From Macrostomum lignano (taxonomy: Eukaryota), in assembly GCA_002269645.1 (NCBI GenBank), contig NIVC01000647.1, forward strand, positions 248,001 through 312,000: DNA of 64,000 bases. The letters are read 5' to 3'. A program made the translations under genes and the position numbers. A model generated the notes under the pieces. That model was not told the origin of the DNA. It saw nothing but the letters and a program-made list of their open reading frames with translations, and searched no databases. Shown piece after piece: positions 12,201-24,056 of this stretch (within the stretch, counting starts at the first letter, position 1; each line of letters begins with the position of its first letter).

Positions 12201-15200
12201 ACTAATGAGTCAGGCAGTGATAAACTAATGAGTCAGACAGTGATGCACTAATGAGTCAGGCAGTGATGCACTAATGAGTCAGGCAGTGATAAACTAATGA
12301 GTCAGGCAGTGATGCACTAATGAGTCAGACAGTGATGCACTAATGAGTCAGGCAGTGATGCACTAATGAGTCAGGCAGTGATGCACTAATGAGTCAGGCA
12401 GTGATAAACTAATGAGTCAGGCAGTGATAAACTAATGAGTCAGACAGTGATGCACTAATGAGTCAGGCAGTGATAAACTAATGAGTCAGACAGTGATAAA
12501 CTAATGAGTCAGGCAGTGATGCACTAATGAGTCAGGCAGTGATAAACTAATGAGTCAGACACGCCAGCCACCACAATTGCGTGAATCACCTCGGCGAAAC
12601 GCGCTGCTTCCAGTTTTCCTCGCCGCTTTTCTGCAGCGCCTGCAGCCGATCCGCCAGACTGCCGCTGGCACCGGGCAGAGGTGCCGTGCTGCTCCGCAGC
12701 TTGTACTGGTGCTTGGCCGGCGATGTCCGGACCGCCTCCTCGGCCGCCTGCTGGGCCGACGACTGATCCGCTGAAGGCTTCGTCTGCTGACTGGCTGCGA
12801 CCTGCTGCTCGTCACCGCTGCTGGTCTCACCGGATTCGTCGAGGCTGCGCGAGTGCGGCCGGGTCTGCTCGCGAAAGCTGGCGAAGAATTCGAAATTTGA
12901 TGGGGTGGGAGGCTGAGGGTTAGTCAATTGGAACATTTTAAACTCGAGTCTACTCAGAGTCAAATTTGTTAGTCATAGAAGGCTTCGTGGGTCAAGCATG
13001 AGTCATAGAAGGCTATGTGGGCCAATACTGGGTCATAGAGGGATGTTTGGTCAAGCACGGATGATAGAAAGCTACTACATGGGTCAAGCATGGGTCATAG
13101 AAAGCTACATGGGTCAAGCATGGGTCATAGAAAGCTACATGGGTCAATCGTTGGTCATAGAAAGATACGTGGGTCAAGCATGGGTCATAGAAAGCTACAT
13201 GGGTCAAGCATGGGTCATAGAAAGATACGTGGGTCAAGCATGGGTCATAGAAAGCTACATGGGTCAAGCATGGGTCATAGAAATCTACATGGGTCAATCG
13301 TTGGTCATAGAAAGATACGTGGGTCAAGCATGGGTCATAGAAAGCTACATGGGTCAAGCATGGGTCATAGAAAGATACGTGGGTCAAGCATGGGTCATAG
13401 AAAGATTCGTTTGTCAAGCACGGATCACAGAAAGCTAAATGGGTCAAGCATAGCTTAATGGGTCAATTTTAGGTCAAGAAGGCGTCAGTTGTGGGTCGAA
13501 GACAATAGTAAAGACATTTTAAAATACTTTTTAGCTCTCATGCCTTGTTTTCAGTGTGTGGAAACCAGCATAGTGAATAAAAAATAAGAACTCAATTTTA
13601 GAAGACACATTGGCACAGTTTAACAAAGTAACTGAATCAATCTTAAAGTTGAGACATAGAAGTGAGACAGCAAAGAATTTCAAAACTTCTGTATGCGAAA
13701 ATGCTTTGAAAGTCAAAGATTTGAATTGCGCATTTGAAGCGTTCATTTTAGATAGAGCTTATCTGTTTACATTAACGGAAATGCAGACTTACCAGCTACA
13801 GTAGTAACCTATGCTGTTATGTTTCTGCTTGTGGGTTCTGCTTCTGCTTGTGATTAGATCTGGTTAAAGCCTAAGTCTAAGTGTTCACATTGAGATTTTT
13901 GGACACGTGGATTCTCCTAGAGATATGAGACACCTGGATTTTCTTGCAGATTTGAGACACCTGGATTCTCATGGAGATTTGAGACACCTGGATTCTCATA
14001 GAGATGTGAGACACCCGGATTCTCATGGAGATTTGAGACACCTGGATTCTCATGGAGATTTGAGACACCTGGATTCTCATAGAGATGTGAGACACCTGGA
14101 TTCTCATGGAAATTTTTAGACACCAGGATTCTCAAACAGATATGAAACCTGGATTTTCATAGAGATTTGGCTCTTAAATATTTTCGTGTCTGAAACTGTT
14201 TCTCACAGAGTTAGGATTTACATTATAAAAAATGACACTGAGTACCTGACAATAAACGCAGCTGTCAATCAAAGCGACTCACTTCAACCGTTTCCCAATC
14301 GATGATGCCCAAGGCGACCCCTTCTTGCTTCTAGTGCCCTGCTCTCCAGCCTGCTGCTGCAGCTGAGACACGAGCTCCGTGATTGGTCTACCTCTCGTTG
14401 GCAACTCCTTAGCAACGGAAGTTGGCGGAGAAGAGTCCTTAGCAACCGGCTGCTGCATAGTGCTCCATCGTTGGATACCTTCGGCCGCTTTGCCTCGCAG
14501 TCGAACTCGAGCGGCTTCCTCCATTTCGGGCTCCTCTTGGCCGTCTGTGAGTTTGCCGAGAACAGACTTGTAACTAACAACAACAAGCTTAGAAAAAAAG
14601 CAAAGCCTCTTGAAGACTTGCTTGCTGTATTGCTACTTATCGATATAATCAAAAGCTGTTAAGCTAGGCAAGAGATTTTTCAGCGTTACATACAAGTACT
14701 GCAAACATATGAAGGGTGAGAGAAGTGAAGGTGCCTCACGGCTCGAGTTGAACGTACGCACATCGCTGCCCCCCCCCTAACCCTCCTCCACAGCAAGAAA
14801 ACTTATGGCAATCTGCAAAAATTGCAAAGTCAAAGGCCAAAGTAAGAATTCCTGTCTTCAAGCTGGCCTTGCCAAAAGTAACTCGTACGAACATGAATTG
14901 CGCGGTCTTATCGCCAGCGGAAACTTCAATGCGATACTGTTTGTCTCTTGTAAATTTATGTCTGGTCTAATTATAGCATAGCGGATGGATTACAGTCACA
15001 TCTCGCACTACTCACCAGTAGTAGTCACTGCCGTCTCCATAGTTGACTTATTATCGTCACCGTCTTTCAAGAACAAGCTGGCAACATCTTCCAGCGTGAC
15101 TGGCTGAAATAATAGGTAATATTTCTATCATAGCGTATAAATTAATATTGCTTCTTAATGAGTTGTTTTCATTAATATCGGAACGGAAATACAAGCTTGG

Positions 15201-18200
15201 AAGGATGACAAAAGGCTTGCGTGCACGACTGGAGTTTGGTCAGGGCGTGAGTACATTGAGGGTTATAGAGAGTGGATGCATTAATTAATTAATTGGTCAA
15301 GGCGAGTGTACATTGAGGGTTATAGAGAGTGGATACATTGATTAATTAATTGGTCAAGGCGAGTGTACATTGAGGGTTATAGAGAGTGGATGCATTAATT
15401 AATTAATTGGTCAAGGCGAGTGTACATTGAGGTTATAGAGAGTGGGTGCATTGATTAATTAATTGGTCAAGGCGGGTGTACATTGAGGGTTATAGAGAGT
15501 GGATGCATTAATTAATTAATTGGTCAAGGCGGGTGTACATTGAGGGTTATAGAGAGTGGGTGCATTGATTAATTAATTGGTCAAGGCGGGTGTACATTGA
15601 GGGTTATAGAGAGTGGATGCATTAATTAATTAATTGGTCAAGGCGGGTGTACATTGAGAGTTATAGAGAGTGGGTGCATTGATTAATTAATTGGTCAAGG
15701 CGGGTGTATATCGAGGGTTATAGAGAGTGGATGCATTGATTAATTAATTGGTCAAGGCGGGTGTATATTGAGGGTTATAGAGAGTGGATGCATTGATTAA
15801 TTAATTGGTCAAGGCGTGTGTACATTGAGGGGTATAGAGAGTGGGTGCATTGATTAAATAATTGGTCAAGGCGTGTGTACATTGAGGGGTATAGAGAGTG
15901 GGTGCATTGATTAAATAATTGGTCAAGGCGTGTGTACATTGAGGGGTATAGAGAGTGGGTGCATTGATTAATTAATTGGTCAAGGCGTGTGTACATTGAG
16001 GGTTATAGAGAGTGGATGCATTGATTAATTAATTGGTCAAGGCGGGTGTACATTGAGGGTTATAGAGAGTGGATGCATTGATTAATTAATTGGTCAAGGC
16101 GTGTGTACATTGAGGGTTATAGAGAGTGGATGCATTGATTAATTAATTGGTCAAGGCGGGTGTATATTGAGGGTTACAGAGAGTGGATGCATTGATTAAT
16201 TAATTGGTCAAGGTGTGTGTACATTGAGGGGTATAGAGAGTGGGTGCATTGATTAAATAATTGGTCAAGGCGGGTGTACATTGAGGGGTATAGAGAGTGG
16301 GTGCATTGATTAAATAATTGGTCAAGGCGGGTGTACATTGAGGGGTATAGAGAGTGGGTGCATTGATTGAATAGTCTATGGCTTATGGGGTGGGTCAGGG
16401 GATGTGACATGTACATTGATATATACATTCGGGGTTGGCCATAGCGTGCTTAAAAATTAAGGGGTAGATTTTTTACACAAGGCCGACCCCTCAGTAAATT
16501 ATCTCAGACAAACGAAATTAAACGAAGAAAAAATCATGCGACGGTTACTGTGTTTCAAAACGATTACTAAATTAATCAAATTTCTAGATGTTTATAACAA
16601 AATCCAACGCAATAAAATTAATTTGGAAAAACACATGATTTTGCACTTGTACAGACAATCATATATATGGTTAGTAAAAAACAATGCCTAAACTATTCAG
16701 TTCGAAGCAAACGTAGAGCATGCATAAATTTTCTTTCTAATTCAAATGGAAAACCAGAAATGCTAATCTATGCTAATTGTTGAAGCATGCTGAATTCAAT
16801 CTACGATAAAGCATATTCGTACAGTTGTCTGATTGCGCAACCGTCTTCTTCGCCTCGAAGAACTGACTGAAGCAGTGTCGCTATCCGAGTCTTTTGCGCC
16901 GCTGGTTGTAACGGTGCACGCTTTGGTTAGAAACATCTGACGCTTTGCCGACATGGACAGACTGCAGCCAAAGATTGAGCATTAATATTTTATACTTATT
17001 AACAGTACGACAGTGCCACATTTTTACAGGAAATTCAGTATTTTTAACGATTGTCTCGCAAAGCCTTCGCAGACATCATCTCAGGCACGCACTCATACAC
17101 ACACACACGCTCACACAGGGTGTACAAGCGGCCCTGACCTTTCTCATCGTCAGGCATGTACACACTTTTCATAGTCCACTTTACGGATGTTAGAGATTCA
17201 AAGAACGGCGCGCAGAAGCTTTAGTCACCTGGACAGCTCGTCCACGTGACTTCCGCCCTGTTCGTTGACCGTCTCTTCAACTTCCGGCCACAGTCGATTA
17301 ACAACAGCGGATGCTGGGGACTTCACGTCGCTAATCCGACGCAGTGGTTGCTGGCGCCACTGACTGATGATGCCGGATACGGCGGGAAGCTGCGACAGCT
17401 CAGCCGCGGCTTCATCTTTTATATCTTCAGCCGCGGCCGCCGCGTTTGACACGTCCTCCTGTTGCTGGCGAACCAATCGCAGGGCGCGCTGGGCGATGGA
17501 CAGGCCACCAGCGGCGCATTCCTCAGCTGCCTGGGCGGCTTGTTCTTCATCGATAGCAGCGGCTGCGGCCGGAGCAACATTGCTCATTGCATCATTGCCG
17601 CCGCCACCGCTAGAGGCTGCCAGTGCTGCTGCTTTCTCAAGATCTTCAACCGATATGGGCAGAGTGCGAGAGCGAAGGCGCCGCTCTGAGCGGTTCAGAC
17701 GACGTCCGCAGTTACTGCCGCCGCTGCCGCTGCCGCCGCCGGATGCGGAATTCGACGAAGAGGAAAACATGGCTCGCCGTTGCGACACCGACAAGTAGGA
17801 GAAATCGTCTATGGGATTCGAGACGACGCCGGCGACAGAAGGTGAAGCTGACGGAGCGGGACTCGGAGACAGGATTGTGCGAGACGAGACGGAGGAGGGC
17901 GAAGGGGACAGTCGAGTTGGGGAGGTCAGCTGAAAGCAGACCAGACCAGTGGATTCTACGGCTCCCTGACGCTGCAGTTTTTGTTGCGGCTGTTGAGAAA
18001 CCTGAGGTCTTTGTTCTGATGTTTGGTATCTTTGTTGTAGCTGAGGTCTTGGTTCCGATTCATACTGGTACTCCCGATGCCTCGGCTGTTTTTTTTGAGG
18101 TCTTGGTTCTGATTCATGCTGGTACTCCTGATGTCTCTGCTGTTGCTGAGATCTTGGTTCCGATTCATGCCGGTACTCCTGATGCCTCTGCTGTTGCTGA

Positions 18201-18960
18201 GGTCTTGGTTCCGATTCATGCCGGTACTCCTGATGTCTCTGCTGTTGCTGAGATCTTGGTTCCGATTCATGCCGGTACTCCTGATGCCTCTGCTGTTGCT
18301 GAGGTCTTGGTTCCGATTCATGCTGGTACTCCTGATGCCTTTGCTGTTGCTGAGGTCTTGGTTCCGATTCATACTGGTACTCCCGATGCCTCTGCTGTTG
18401 CTGAGGTCTTGGTTCCGATTCATACTGGTACTCCTGATGTCTCTGCTGTTGCTGAGGTCTTGGTTCCGATTCATGCTGGTACTCCTGATGCCTCTGCTGT
18501 TGCTGAGGTCTTGGTTCGGATTCATGCTGGTACTCTTGATGTCTCTGCTGTTGCTGAGGTCTTTGTTCGTATTCTCCAGACTGTTGCTGCTGTTGCTGAT
18601 GCAGCTCTTGCATGCGCCTCTCGCGGGCAATCCTCTGCCGCCTCAGCTGCCTTTCCTGCAGGCTCTCTTTGCCGCTTCCCCCGCCGCTGCCGCTACCTTT
18701 GCTGCTGCCATTGGCACCTTGAAGCTGACAGGCTGAAACGACAGTTCCACCGGAGTGCATGTCGGTGATCAAAATGCAACCAAAACTGGTTTGAGCCGCT
18801 ATTTCGAAGTTTTTCCTGCTACCAAAATACCTGTTCGAACACCGGAATATTAAAAGCGAACCCGGGGGGTAAGCAGACTGGGGCGAAAGGAGAGAAAACG
18901 CTAGGGGTTTATAGTTCAGCCAGCACGAACGGGGGGTTGTACATCGGATCCCTTAGCCAT
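1..18960 (-). CDS. SVIL: Supervillin-like protein (villin/gelsolin family), multi-exon; 3' end runs off the window
   Basis: Exons read by hand with GT/AG ends: 17229-18724 (or 18732), 16823-16961, 15016-15103, 14283-~14580, 12590-12877, 11381-11744, 5800-5966, 5353-5576, 4496-5020, 3445-3761, 2346-2975, 1365-1959, 567-794, 1-89. Phases are compatible except at the 15016/14580 join, which is unresolved. Candidate first coding exon 18943-18960 (MAKGSD). Peptides match recalled supervillin segments: [38 protein letters not shown]...[64 protein letters not shown]. Confidence 0.9.
101..480. repeat. Intronic minisatellite, ~53-bp unit, about 7 copies
   Basis: Unit GTTTGTGTAGCTATTTTTAGAAACACTGCCAGAGGAGGGATACCCTAATGGGG, tandem and degenerate. 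Confidence 0.9.
838..1355. repeat. Intronic minisatellite, 36-39 bp unit
   Basis: Unit GGGGTTGAGCGAGTGTACACTGAGGGGTGGCTGGC(G); fills intron 795-1364. Confidence 0.92.
1972..2325. repeat. Intronic minisatellite, 30-33 bp unit
   Basis: Unit GTACATTGGGGGTAGGGGTTTAGATTCAGATGT; fills intron 1960-2345. Confidence 0.92.
2990..3300. repeat. (ATAG)n microsatellite
   Basis: About 300 bp of ATAG/GATA repeats in intron 2976-3444. Confidence 0.95.
3775..4485. repeat. Compound intronic minisatellite: 24-bp array followed by 23-bp array
   Basis: GAGTGTGACAATGGGAGCTCTGTT (3775-~4005) then GAGAGTGACAATGTGACATATAC (~4025-4485); shared GTGACAATG core. Confidence 0.92.
5125..5300. repeat. Intronic 15-bp tandem repeat
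   Basis: Unit GGAGACAGGAGGGTA. Confidence 0.9.
5585..5770. repeat. Intronic 12/24-bp tandem repeat
   Basis: Unit GAGAGTGACAGTGAGGGTGACAAT. Confidence 0.88.
6510..8043 (+). pseudogene. LINE ORF1 (DUF4780-like by recall), disrupted
   Basis: The frame shifts in a 10-G run at 6869-6878 (ORF 6510 into the frame of ORF 6823). In-frame TAG at 7216-7218, then the frame continues to the stop at 8043. Confidence 0.72.
8046..11270 (+). pseudogene. LINE ORF2: AP endonuclease, reverse transcriptase, RNase H; one frameshift
   Basis: APE motifs QVNLQH, LIQEPW, GDINAHH..WGS, SDH. One-base shift in the T run at ~8712. RT motifs [31 protein letters not shown]. RNase H motifs FTDGS, QNE, SDSQAAL, WIPGH...GNELAD. 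Confidence 0.93.
11880..12560. repeat. Intronic 23-bp minisatellite, about 29 copies
   Basis: Unit GAGTCAGGCAGTGATGCACTAAT with GCA/AAA variants. Confidence 0.95.
12975..13450. repeat. Intronic 30-bp minisatellite
   Basis: Unit GGGTCAAGCATGGGTCATAGAAAGCTACAT. Confidence 0.93.
13895..14165. repeat. Intronic 27-bp minisatellite
   Basis: Unit GAGACACCTGGATTCTCATGGAGATTT. Confidence 0.92.
15245..16375. repeat. Intronic 57-bp minisatellite, about 20 copies
   Basis: Unit GGTCAAGGCGGGTGTACATTGAGGGTTATAGAGAGTGGATGCATTGATTAATTAATT. Confidence 0.95.
17995..18570 (-). repeat. Coding 51-bp tandem repeat (17 aa, [17 protein letters not shown]) in the supervillin N-terminal exon
   Basis: About 10-11 in-frame copies in ORF 17225-18772. 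Confidence 0.9.
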
Positions 18961-20011
18961 TAAGGGAGAGACTGAGGGACGACTGTCTGCTGGTCGTCAC
19001 GGTCAAGAAGCAAAAAGTGCAAAGCCAAGCAGAAGCCCAGGGGCTCTGTGCACTAAGCTGAAGAATTCGACTGCATGCAGAAATTGTGCAGCTAGAGAGG
19101 AGAGGATAAAGTGAAGGGCAAAAAGAGTGCACACATATTGGGATTCGTTCGCGTGTAAATTGGAAATCTGGGAGGCAGAAACGAAGCCTAAACTTCGGCT
19201 CCTCGTTTTCCGTTTTCTAAAATCTGCACACGCGGGCTGGGAAGGTAGAAGACGGGAAACATTATTCTCTCTGCCGACACCTGACATTCAAGGCGATGGG
19301 AGAGACAGCTGGCTGGCCCTGCCGTCCTCACCTCCATGCCCCTATTGGCCTTCTTCGTGATCAGCCAGGTTAGATGGAAGCAGAGAATGGGGATAAAAGG
19401 TGTCCAGACGCAACAGACATTTGCTGATTTTAAATACAATTAATAAGTTTGCTTGAAGCTCTCAGTACACGAAGTGGATGTCCAGGACTTCTAATTAGCG
19501 AGTTAGAAGACACTCTGTAATATCCTATTAGTGAATTAGAAGCTCAAAACAGACAATATAGACATGATATTATTGTTTAGCAAATTAAAAGTTCAAGCAT
19601 GGCTCTTGATCTGATCAATAATTTAGCCTTTATATTTTATAAAATAAATAAAAGTTAGGATTTTGTATTTAAAACTATATAGGCCAATAAATACAAAAAT
19701 GTTTATAATTAGTTGCATCCCTAATTTAAATGATTTGTAGAAATAAAAAAAAATTTTTTAACACTTATAAATTCAAAACAATTATAAATATAGGCCTAAT
19801 ATAATTAATATACAGATAATATAAATTATTAGTATAATTATTAGTTTTTAAATACTCCTATGTGAGTTATATGGTTGTATATCTACTTAGGAAAGTAGGC
19901 AAAATCGACAATAATGCCTCTTACTAGGTTTATATAACAATGTTGCTCAAAGTCTACTAAGGTACACGTAGCTCTTTTGCCTTTAATAAAAATGGTCAAG
20001 GAGGTCCTGAC

Positions 20012-20213
20012 TGTTGTGTCTTTTTTGTGACAAATCAAAGGAACAAGTCTGGAACTTAAAATTTGAAATTAACCAGCCAATCCTCGGCTCTTGTCCTTTT
20101 ATTTAATTCTGCAAGCCTAGCTTGCTCTTGTTTCATGTAGATCACTAAAGCATATGGTGCACTTGGAAGCAAATCATTTTGTTTATGGTTCTGCTCGGCT
20201 TATAGCCATAGCA
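20012..20213 (-). repeat. 3' LTR (202 bp)
   Basis: Aligns to 24057-24244 with about 20 substitutions and two indels. Preceded on the minus strand by PPT AAAAGGGGGAGA. Confidence 0.92.
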
Positions 20214-20289
20214 TCTCCCCCTTTTATAAAAATAACTTGAACAGTTTAAGTTCCAAACTTAAGTGATCAAGGAAGTCTCAAAAAAAGTC

Positions 20290-23070
20290 ACTCCTTGTAA
20301 TTCACTCTTGGCTTTTGCTCTAGCCACGTGTTGCGCCGTGGCAATTCTGGTATAGCTGGCTTAAACGTATGGTCCACTCGGACTGACTCAGGCTCAGAAT
20401 CCATTTGCAGTTCTGAAATACCATCGTCATTGTGCACATGCTTTCCACCAGGGTTGCCATCGTTTTCACGCATCATTGGGTTTCCAATGCTGACATCCTT
20501 GTTCGAATCTAATTGATCGTCTCCCTGAGACTTTGGGTCTGAGCTTGTTCATTGAAGTTGATCTCTGTGCACTTTCTGGAATCTTCCGTCTTCCAGCTTG
20601 ACAATTGCGGTATTCCTTCCCAATGGATTGATCAGCCTGGCCTCGTGTGTTGACTTCTCCGTCTTGTACACTACGGTTTCACCAGGACTCCATCCAGCTG
20701 CTGACATCAAAGGTACACACAGTTTTCTTCCCATCAGTAATTCTGCTGGTGATGTGCCTCCTTTGCCCGCTGATGCATGGTAGAATAGAAGGTACCTGTC
20801 GATTGGGGCTTGGGAAAATCCATTTGCACTGACAGTTTCTTTTATTGTACGAACAAATTGCTTAGCCAGACCGTTGCTAGCTAGGTGGTATGCTGGGGTC
20901 GTTACATGATCGCATTGAGTCAACCAACCTCGTGTCTCTTGGCTAACAAAGCTTGATCCATTGTCGGACACCAGGACTCTCGGTACCCCTAGCTGGGAGA
21001 ATGTTCTTCTCAACCTCAAGATCACCGTAGCGGATGTCATGTCCTGTGTCACGTGCACCTCTGGATAGTTCGAATGAGAATCAACCATGACGAGCAAATA
21101 TTGTCCTTCTATCGGACCCGCAAAATCGATGTGAATTCGTTCCCAGGGGCCTTGTGGTGCTTGCCATGAAGTTCGGAAATTCAGATTTAGAGGCTTCGCC
21201 TTCTTGCATGTCAGACAACAACCAACTACACGCTCTACCACCTTATCGACACCTGGCCACTAGAAGTACTCGCGCAATAGAGACTTAGTGCGTGTCATGC
21301 TTAGGTGTACACCGTGAGCTGCGTTCACTGCTTTATCTCGAAGTGCAACTGGCAACACTATCTTGGACCCACGAAGCACCAAGTCTCCTTCAGTTGTTAG
21401 TTCTCCAGCCAGTGGTTTGTAGCTACGCATCTCACTGTTCGAGAACTGTCCAGTTTGAATTGCCTCTCGGAGATTTCGCAGTTCGTGGCACTTCCTGGAC
21501 CAGAAACGAATATCGGTCAGCTTGAGCAGATGACTTTCTGAAAGATAAATTGCACCAATCGCGTGAGTTGGAGCCTCCATCGAAGCGTTTACAAGCCTAG
21601 ATAGTGCATCAGATCGCATCTCCGCCGACTTCAGATATGTTATGCTGTAGTCGTAGCCGGGCAATAAAATAGCCCATCTTTGCAGGCGCGCCGAAACCCT
21701 TTCTGGTAGCTGACTGGAGGGTCCGAACACGAAAGTCGGAGGGCGGTCAGTTACTAGCGAGAATTCTCTGCCATAAAGAAACTGGTGAAACCGCCGAATG
21801 CCCCAGACAATCGCCAATGCTTCGCGTTCGATCTGCGAATATCTCTTCTCCGCCGGTGACAACAACTTGCTAATGAAGATTATGGGCCTGTCTTCCTGAG
21901 AGAGCACGGCACCAATGGCCACCTGCGAAGCGTCACATTCGATTTCCACTGGTTTCTTTGGATCGTATGGATGCAACATAGACGCAGTCGATAGTGCCAT
22001 CTTGATCTTATTGAAGGCTTGTTCGTGCTTGTCTGTCCAAGTGAATTCGGCTCCTCTGCGTCTAAGCTGTGACAGGGGCTCAATGAGTTCTGCGAGGTTG
22101 CGCAGAAATTAATGAGGCCAAGAAACGATTCCAATTCCGGTAGATTTTTAGGGGCTGACATCTCCCTTAACGCGCGCACCTTCTCTTCATCTGGCTTCAC
22201 TGTCCCTGACTCGAGAATGTGACCCAGAAAGCGGACCCGAGTCTGCATTATTTGACATTTTTCCTCGTTTACTGTCAAGTTGTGCTAGGCCAACCGTGCT
22301 CCAACTTCAGCTTCTGTCTCTGAGGTCTTCTTTGGTCTCGCCGCCAATGAGAATATCATCGACAAATGCTACTGCTCCAGAAATTCCTTGAATCACTTCC
22401 ACAATGTAACGTTGGAAAATACTGGGGGCAGTCCTTAACCCGAAGACTAGATGGTTGTATCTGAAGTTCCCGAATGGTGTAGACATCACAGTGATATCCT
22501 TGGAAGAGTCGTCTAGGTGCACCTGGTTATATGCCTTCTCGAGATCCAGAATCGTGTAGTATGAGTAGTACGTATTTGCAATTTGTCACTGCTGCGAATG
22601 CTTCTTCAACTGTCGGCAATGGGTAGCTATTTCAGACGCTCGCGAGATGCGAATGGCACAGGCCTCGCTTTGATGTACTTGGGCACTGCGCCATCGACTA
22701 ATCGTAAGCTTGCCTTGAATGGAGCTGAATCCTGTATGTCAATCTCTGTACATCTCTGTATGTCCAATAGAAACGCATTCCGGATTGAATTTGATGACAT
22801 CTCGTCCGAGCAATGCAAAGTTGCGGTTTGAGCGTACTACTTGAAACGTAATCTTGATGTTTCTTCCTTTCCATTCCGTGACGACAGGCAATGAACCCAA
22901 TTGGTCGAATTTGTGTCCGTCGGTGTAGCCCACCAAAGTCGAGGTGCTGCCTTGCAACTTCGGCTTTCCAAATTTACACTACAGCTTGCTGGACAGAACT
23001 GAAACCGAAGCTCCCGTGTCAATCTGACAGATTATGGATTGCATTTTGCCTTCTACTTGACATGCCAGCT
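20290..23070 (-). pseudogene. Gypsy pol (protease, RT, RNase H, integrase), multiply disrupted
   Basis: Protease IDTGASVSV (~23030). RT ARPVPFA is joined almost directly to YPLPT, so the WASP segment is deleted; then DLEKAYNQ, FGLRTAPSIFQ, FVDDILI. RNase H ECDASQVAIGAVL, YSQIEREALA. Integrase HIDFAGP, SDNGSSF, SNGLAKQF (catalytic E replaced by K). Confidence 0.92.
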
Positions 23071-23080
23071 TCACTGTAGA

Positions 23081-23880
23081 TCATGACGCTTCTCTGCCAG
23101 TGTCAGTGTGCAAAATGTCTCTTTGTGCAGAATCCTCAGCCACAAAGTTCTGTTGACTGGATACGCTTGACCGACAGGCCTTTTGAAAGTGGTTTTGCTT
23201 ACCGCATCTCTTGCAGGTTTTTTCCATAGCCGGACATGCTGTCGTTGGATGCTGGTTGCCACCACAATGAGGGCACTTCTTGTCTCCTCTGGGTGGGATC
23301 GGCTTTGACAGTTTAGGCTTTGAGCTGCCGATTTTTATGACCGTCCCTTCCGCTTTTGATGCCGTCGCTGACTGCATTATATGCGTGTCCTTCAGTGACG
23401 CATACGCCTCGGCTTCCGCCACAGCAGCCTTGAAGGTTAGATCCTCAAAATCTCGGATTAGCAGCTTTGCTATGATGACCTTGTCATTCAGTCTGCAGAT
23501 GAATTGGTCCCGGAGCCATTCCTCCTTGTTGCTAAATGCACATTTATCCGACGCTTTGAGCAGCCTCTCAGCGAATGCTCGAATGCCTTCTTTTGCGTCC
23601 TTCTTGGCATTTTGAAAGGCATACCGTTCAGACAGGACATATGTTTTAGACACCAGGATCTCCTTGAGCGCATTGTTGAGCTCTTCGAAAGACATTGTGC
23701 TCGGTAATGTAGGAGCCAGATGATCCGCAAGAGTGTCATACAGACCAGCAGACAGACGCATGAGCAAATCTGCGCCTTTTCTTCTTCTCCCCATTTGCAG
23801 AGATTGGCCGTAACTGTGAAGCATTCCATCCATCGTGGAAATGACTTTCCTTCCTCCAGCTTCTCAATGTTGATCATGTC
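23081..23880 (-). pseudogene. Gypsy gag with tandem CCHC zinc knuckles
   Basis: ERYAFQNAKK...FAERL...C.F...LRDQFICRL and CPHCGGNQH....CPAMEKTCKRCGKQNHFQKAC. Frameshift near the 5' end (ORFs 23488-23901 and 23081-23833). Confidence 0.88.
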
Positions 23881-24037
23881 GAGCATGTTGTTTCCAATCA
23901 TTGGCTGGTGGAATTGTGCAGTTTGGCCGATTCATTCCAGACTCGAAGACAGTGGCACTTTGCCATCCTTAGTCACTGTCTTTGCTGCAGACTTCACTGA
24001 CAATGCCATTTTCTCAGCTGCCGGTGTTGGTGGTGCC

Positions 24038-24055
24038 ATCCTGCTTGCGACGCCA
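24038..24055 (-). promoter_or_regulatory. Primer-binding site, tRNA-Ser-like
   Basis: The minus strand reads TGGCGTCGCAAGCAGGAT, 1 nt after the LTR. This is complementary to a tRNA 3' end ATCCTGCTTGCGACG-CCA, resembling the GAATCCTGC T-arm/acceptor end of metazoan tRNA-Ser. The isotype is inferred. Confidence 0.7.
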
Positions 24056-24056
24056 C

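Noticed and set aside
14725-14770. 26-nt micro-exon that would repair the phase between exons 15016-15103 and 14283-14580
   Set aside because: It has a GTGAGG donor but a G-rich, atypical acceptor; cannot be supported without cDNA.
101-16375. Tandem arrays as CRISPR-like repeat-spacer loci
   Set aside because: Units are head-to-tail with no unique spacers, lie in spliceosomal introns, and no cas genes are present.
17623-18768. 381-aa plus-strand ORF antisense to the supervillin exon
   Set aside because: It is the shadow frame of the 51-bp coding repeat; no recognisable domain.
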